Part shown: one piece after another, positions 39,112 through 42,447 of the stretch | Layout of the letters: each line of letters begins with the position of its first letter | Position numbering within the stretch: the stretch's first letter is position 1 | NCBI GenBank assembly: GCA_947253305.1 | Contig: CAMXYZ010000001.1 | Location: 1-42,447 of the forward strand | From: an uncultured Helcococcus sp. | GTDB lineage: Bacteria > Bacillota > Clostridia > Tissierellales > Peptoniphilaceae | DNA: 42,447 bases | Direction of reading: 5' to 3' | Made by a program: the position numbers and the translations under genes | The notes under the pieces: model-generated | What the model was told of the DNA's origin: nothing | Databases searched by the model: none | What the model saw: only the letters and a program-made list of their open reading frames with translations

Positions 39112-39250
39112 GAGTATCTTTAAGAGAATCTCGATTCTTTTTTAGATATCTACGATATGAAATCGCAGCGTCGATGTGCGATTAAGAAATCGTCGAATAT
39201 ACAAAATCCGCTACCTCAATCGGCGGGGTCTAAATAGATGAGGCGAAGAT
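39112..39250 (+). promoter_or_regulatory. Structured rplM 5' leader (two hairpins plus possible pseudoknot)
   Basis: Stems visible by complementarity (see findings); locally GC-enriched. Confidence 0.55.
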
Positions 39251-39275
39251 ATTAAAAAAAGAAACGGGAGGAAAA

Positions 39276-39704
39276 ATGAGTACATTTTTAGCAAAACACA
39301 ACGAAGTTGAGCGTAAATGGTATCTTGTTGATGCAACAGATAAAGTACTAGGTGATGTGGCAACAAAAGTGGCTTCAATTTTAAGAGGTAAACATAAGCC
39401 AATATTTACACCTCATGTAGATACCGGTGACTATGTAGTTATAGTTAACGCAGAAAAGATTAGAGTAACAGGTAATAAGGCAGAGCAAAAAGTATATAGA
39501 AGATATACAGGATACGCTGATGGTTTAAGAGAAACTCCTTATGCAGAAGTTCTAGCAAAACACCCAGAAAGAATCTTAGAACATGCAATCAAAGGTATGT
39601 TACCAAAGAATACATTGGGTAGACAAATGTATAAGAAATTATATGTTTATGCTGGACCTGATCACAAACACGAAGGTCAAAAACCTGAGTTACTAGAATT
39701 ATAA
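39276..39704 (+). CDS. rplM: 50S ribosomal protein L13
   Basis: [31 protein letters not shown]. Confidence 0.98.
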   Translation: MSTFLAKHNEVERKWYLVDATDKVLGDVATKVASILRGKHKPIFTPHVDTGDYVVIVNAEKIRVTGNKAEQKVYRRYTGYADGLRETPYAEVLAKHPERILEHAIKGMLPKNTLGRQMYKKLYVYAGPDHKHEGQKPELLEL

Positions 39705-39715
39705 GGGGAGGTATC

Positions 39716-40105
39716 ATGAGTAATCAATATTACGGTACAGGAAGAAGAAAAACATCTGTAGCAAGAGTAAGACTTTTACCAGGACAAGGTACATTCACAA
39801 TTAATGGAAAAGATATTGAAGAGTACTTTGGTTATGAAACATTAAAAGAAGCAGCAAAATCTCCTTTAAAATTAACAGAAAAAGAAGGACAATTCGATGT
39901 AATTGTTAATGTTAAAGGTGGTGGATTTACTGGACAGGCTGGAGCAATTAGACACGGTGTGTCAAGAGCTCTATTAGAATTTGACGAAGAATTAAAACCA
40001 GTATTAAAGAGAGCAGGATTCTTAACAAGAGATTCAAGAAAGAAAGAAAGAATGAAACCTGGTCTAAAGAAAGCAAGAAAAGCTTCACAATTTTCAAAGA
40101 GATAA
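39716..40105 (+). CDS. rpsI: 30S ribosomal protein S9
   Basis: [31 protein letters not shown]. Confidence 0.98.
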   Translation: MSNQYYGTGRRKTSVARVRLLPGQGTFTINGKDIEEYFGYETLKEAAKSPLKLTEKEGQFDVIVNVKGGGFTGQAGAIRHGVSRALLEFDEELKPVLKRAGFLTRDSRKKERMKPGLKKARKASQFSKR

Positions 40106-40119
40106 AAACAATTTATTAC

Positions 40120-40155
40120 AAGCGCTTTTTGGTTTATACCAACGAGTGCTTTTTT
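40120..40155 (+). terminator. Intrinsic terminator after rpsI
   Basis: AAGCGCTTTTTGGT/ACCAACGAGTGCTT imperfect stem plus T run. Confidence 0.75.
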
Positions 40156-40201
40156 ATTGTACAAAATGAAAATAGAAAAATAAATAATTATAAAAATATA
40201 T

Positions 40202-40230
40202 TTGCAATATGTAAAATTTGATGTTATAAT
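40202..40230 (+). promoter_or_regulatory. Sigma-A promoter of the metal ATPase leader
   Basis: TTGCAA-17bp-TATAAT with extended -10 TG. Confidence 0.8.
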
Positions 40231-40277
40231 AAATTTGTAAAAACTTAATAGTTTATTTATTTTAGTTTTTGAAATAA

Positions 40278-40373
40278 ATACAAATCTGAGCAAGCGGTAG
40301 AATAATCTATGCAGCCCGGCTACGAAAGATGTAGCAGCAGAAAGCGAATTTAAAGCGCACTGTGAGACAGTAA
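40278..40373 (+). ncRNA. NiCo (czcD)-class metal-sensing riboswitch aptamer, variant
   Basis: Blocks CTGAGCAAGC / TGCAGCCCGGC / GCAGCAG / CTGTGAGACAG in NiCo order; stems GTAGA/TCTAT, GCTAC/GTAGC, CAG/CTG; lies upstream of a metal exporter. Confidence 0.82.
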
Positions 40374-40400
40374 CAACTGTCTTATAGTGCGCATTTTTTT
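40355..40400 (+). terminator. Riboswitch-overlapping terminator (attenuator)
   Basis: 17-bp stem GCGCACTGTGAGACAGT/ACTGTCTTATAGTGCGC, 4-nt loop, T7; its 5' arm is the aptamer's 3' strand. Confidence 0.9.
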
Positions 40401-40430
40401 ATAGATAATTATTTTAATAGGAGGGGGACG

Positions 40431-42263
40431 ATGTTAGAATATATAATTAAACAAAGGCAAGGAAGATATTTAGTATATGGAATAATATTCATTATCATTG
40501 GATTTGTATTGTCCTATTATGGAATAGAATTAAGTAGATATGCATTTTATCTTTCAATTTATTTTTTAGGATATTATGCAACAATAAACGCGGTAGTTGA
40601 CACAATTGAAAATAGAAAATTTAATGTCGACTTATTAATGATTTTGGCGGCACTTGGTGCGGTATTAATAAATTATGAGTCAGAAGGTGCAATGCTATTA
40701 CTAATATTTGCGGGTGCAGAGGTATTAGAAGATGTAGTATCTCAAAAATCAAGTAATGCAATATCAGAATTGATGAAGCAAGTTCCAGATGAAGCAAAAT
40801 TACTTCAGACAGATGGAAGTACAATTACTGTTAAGACAGAAGAGTTAAAAATAGGCGATATAGTTTTAGTTTCAAAAGGAGACCAAATTCCAATTGATGG
40901 ATATAGTGATAGAGATATAGTTGTAAATGAAGCATCCTTGACAGGTGAATCAGAACCAGTTACTAAGGAATCTGGCGAGGAGGTATTTGCGGGTACTATT
41001 AATGAAGGAGATTCATTTAGATTAGAAGTAAGTAAAGAAAAGAAAGACACAGTATTTTCAAATATTATAAGAATGGTTGAAGAAGCTCAAAGTAAACCTT
41101 CTAATAGAGAAAGATTTATAAATAGACTTGAATCTAAATATGTAACCGTAGTTTTAATAGCTGTTCCTATTTTTATAGCTGTATTATACTTCTTAAGATC
41201 ATATAGCTTTAATGAAGCATTTTATAGAGGAATGGTATTGTTAACAGTAGCTAGTCCATGTGCTTTAGTTGCATCAGCAACACCAGCAACATTAAGTGCA
41301 ATTTCTAATAGTGCGAAAAATGGTATTTTATTTAAAGATGCACAAGCATTAGAGTTGATGAAAGATTTAAAATATTTAGCAACAGATAAGACTGGAACTT
41401 TGACTTATGGTGAATTTGAAGTAGTTGATTATGAAATACCTGAAGATATACTTAAAAAAGTAGTTTATATTGAAAACAACTCAAATCATCCAATTGCAAA
41501 GAGTATAGTTAAAAAATTTAGCGATGTAGATTTATCAGATGTAGAAGATAGTAATATCGAAGAAATTGCCGGAGCAGGCTTAAAAATGGGAGATATTATA
41601 ATTGGTAAGCCAGGTATATTTAAAGATTATAAAGATCCAAATGGATACTTATCAATGGGAGAAAGTGTAAATACAAAATCTATCGTTGCTGAAGGAAATA
41701 CAATTGTTGGATGTATTCTTTTAGTGGATACAATTAGAGAATCAGCTAAGGAAGCGATTAATAATTTCAAAAAAGAAGACGTTTTAGTGGAAATGTTAAC
41801 TGGTGACAATGAAGCTGTTGCTACTAAAGTGGCAGAAAAACTTGGATTAGAACATTATAGATATAATTGTTATCCAGAAGATAAGATGAAATTTATTGAA
41901 GAAAAGCAAGCTCAAAATCATATCGTTGCTATGATTGGAGATGGTATTAATGATGCTCCAGCTTTAGCTAATGCAGATATAGGAATAGGAATGGGTGATG
42001 GGAGCTCCATAGCAATGGAATCTTCAGATATGGTTGTAGTGAAAAATAATCTTAATAAAATATACTTCACTTATGGATTGAGTAAAAAATTAAGTAAAAT
42101 AGTAAAACAAAATATTTTTTTCTCAGTATCTGTTATAATAACATTGATAATAGTTAATATATTAGGAATATTAGATTTACCTTCAGGAGTAGTTTTCCAC
42201 GAGGGTTCAACTATACTAGTTATATTAAATGGATTGAGATTATTGTACTATAAAGGCGAATAA
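40431..42263 (+). CDS. Heavy-metal-translocating P-type ATPase, P1B-4 subgroup (PfeT/FrvA/CoaT-like)
   Basis: TGES, SPC in the TM segment, DKTGT, HP, TGDN, GDGIND, HEGST; no N-terminal CxxC metal-binding domain. Confidence 0.92.
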   Translation: MLEYIIKQRQGRYLVYGIIFIIIGFVLSYYGIELSRYAFYLSIYFLGYYATINAVVDTIENRKFNVDLLMILAALGAVLINYESEGAMLLLIFAGAEVLEDVVSQKSSNAISELMKQVPDEAKLLQTDGSTITVKTEELKIGDIVLVSKGDQIPIDGYSDRDIVVNEASLTGESEPVTKESGEEVFAGTINEGDSFRLEVSKEKKDTVFSNIIRMVEEAQSKPSNRERFINRLESKYVTVVLIAVPIFIAVLYFLRSYSFNEAFYRGMVLLTVASPCALVASATPATLSAISNSAKNGILFKDAQALELMKDLKYLATDKTGTLTYGEFEVVDYEIPEDILKKVVYIENNSNHPIAKSIVKKFSDVDLSDVEDSNIEEIAGAGLKMGDIIIGKPGIFKDYKDPNGYLSMGESVNTKSIVAEGNTIVGCILLVDTIRESAKEAINNFKKEDVLVEMLTGDNEAVATKVAEKLGLEHYRYNCYPEDKMKFIEEKQAQNHIVAMIGDGINDAPALANADIGIGMGDGSSIAMESSDMVVVKNNLNKIYFTYGLSKKLSKIVKQNIFFSVSVIITLIIVNILGILDLPSGVVFHEGSTILVILNGLRLLYYKGE

Positions 42264-42289
42264 TCTATATAAGCTATTATTCAATATAA

Positions 42290-42308
42290 TATATCCGTTT
42301 TGGGTATA
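42290..42308. promoter_or_regulatory. Candidate CsoR/CstR-family operator
   Basis: TATATCC-GTTTT-GGGTATA, one mismatch from the ATACCC-N5-GGGTAT pseudo-palindrome, directly after TATAAT. Confidence 0.5.
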
Positions 42309-42339
42309 AGTAATTTATACAAAATTAAAAGGAGATTAT

Positions 42340-42401
42340 ATGAAAGTAGTAGTAATTGGAGGGATAGCTGCAGGGGCATCTATCGCATCAAAAGCAAAAA
42401 G
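42340..42401 (+). CDS. FAD-dependent pyridine nucleotide-disulfide oxidoreductase (CoA-disulfide reductase/NADH oxidase-like), N-terminal fragment
   Basis: AGGAG RBS; MKVVVIGGIAAGASIASKAK is a GR2-type FAD-binding start; truncated by the adapter. Confidence 0.75.
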
Positions 42402-42447
42402 CTGTCTCTTATACACATCTGACGCTGCCGACGACTCCTTACGTGTA
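42402..42447 (-). other. Illumina Nextera i5 adapter remnant (technical artifact)
   Basis: CTGTCTCTTATACACATCT + GACGCTGCCGACGA + index CTCCTTAC + GTGTA. Confidence 0.99.

Noticed and set aside
40355..40400. Long hairpin as a simple rpsI terminator or a CRISPR/REP repeat
   Set aside because: rpsI has its own terminator, a promoter lies in between, and the hairpin is single-copy and overlaps the aptamer; it is better explained as an attenuator.
1..42447. Inverted 19-bp Tn5 mosaic ends flanking the whole window (apparent composite transposon)
   Set aside because: Each is attached to Nextera primer and index sequence; there is no transposase and the content is core genes. Library artifact.

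Overview
AT-rich (roughly 30% GC by eye) chromosomal contig from a low-GC Firmicute; protein sequences suggest Tissierellia/Peptoniphilaceae (inference). Both ends carry untrimmed Illumina Nextera adapter plus index (1-48, 42402-42447). Left arm: peptide, nucleotide and housekeeping genes (pepF fragment, signal-less 5'-nucleotidase, M3 peptidase, CPBP protease, ychF, two Cof HADs, HD hydrolase, aminopeptidase P, uvrC, hprK, murJ, mini-zincin, alpha-amylase), an FMN riboswitch-ribU-rsuA-udk unit, and tRNA-His/tRNA-Leu. Centre: the complete S10-spc-alpha ribosomal superoperon. Right arm: L,D-transpeptidase, ecfA1A2T-truA, rplM-rpsI, a P1B-4 heavy-metal ATPase and the start of a CoA-disulfide reductase-like gene. 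No mobile element, prophage or CRISPR array was seen. Most notable: (1) a variant NiCo/czcD metal riboswitch with apparently altered junction nucleotides and an overlapping terminator ahead of the P1B-4 ATPase, followed by a CsoR/CstR-like operator; (2) a UvrC lacking all four Fe-S cysteines; (3) an L,D-transpeptidase with SSSC instead of SHGC; (4) structured leaders of rplM (possible pseudoknot) and rpsJ.
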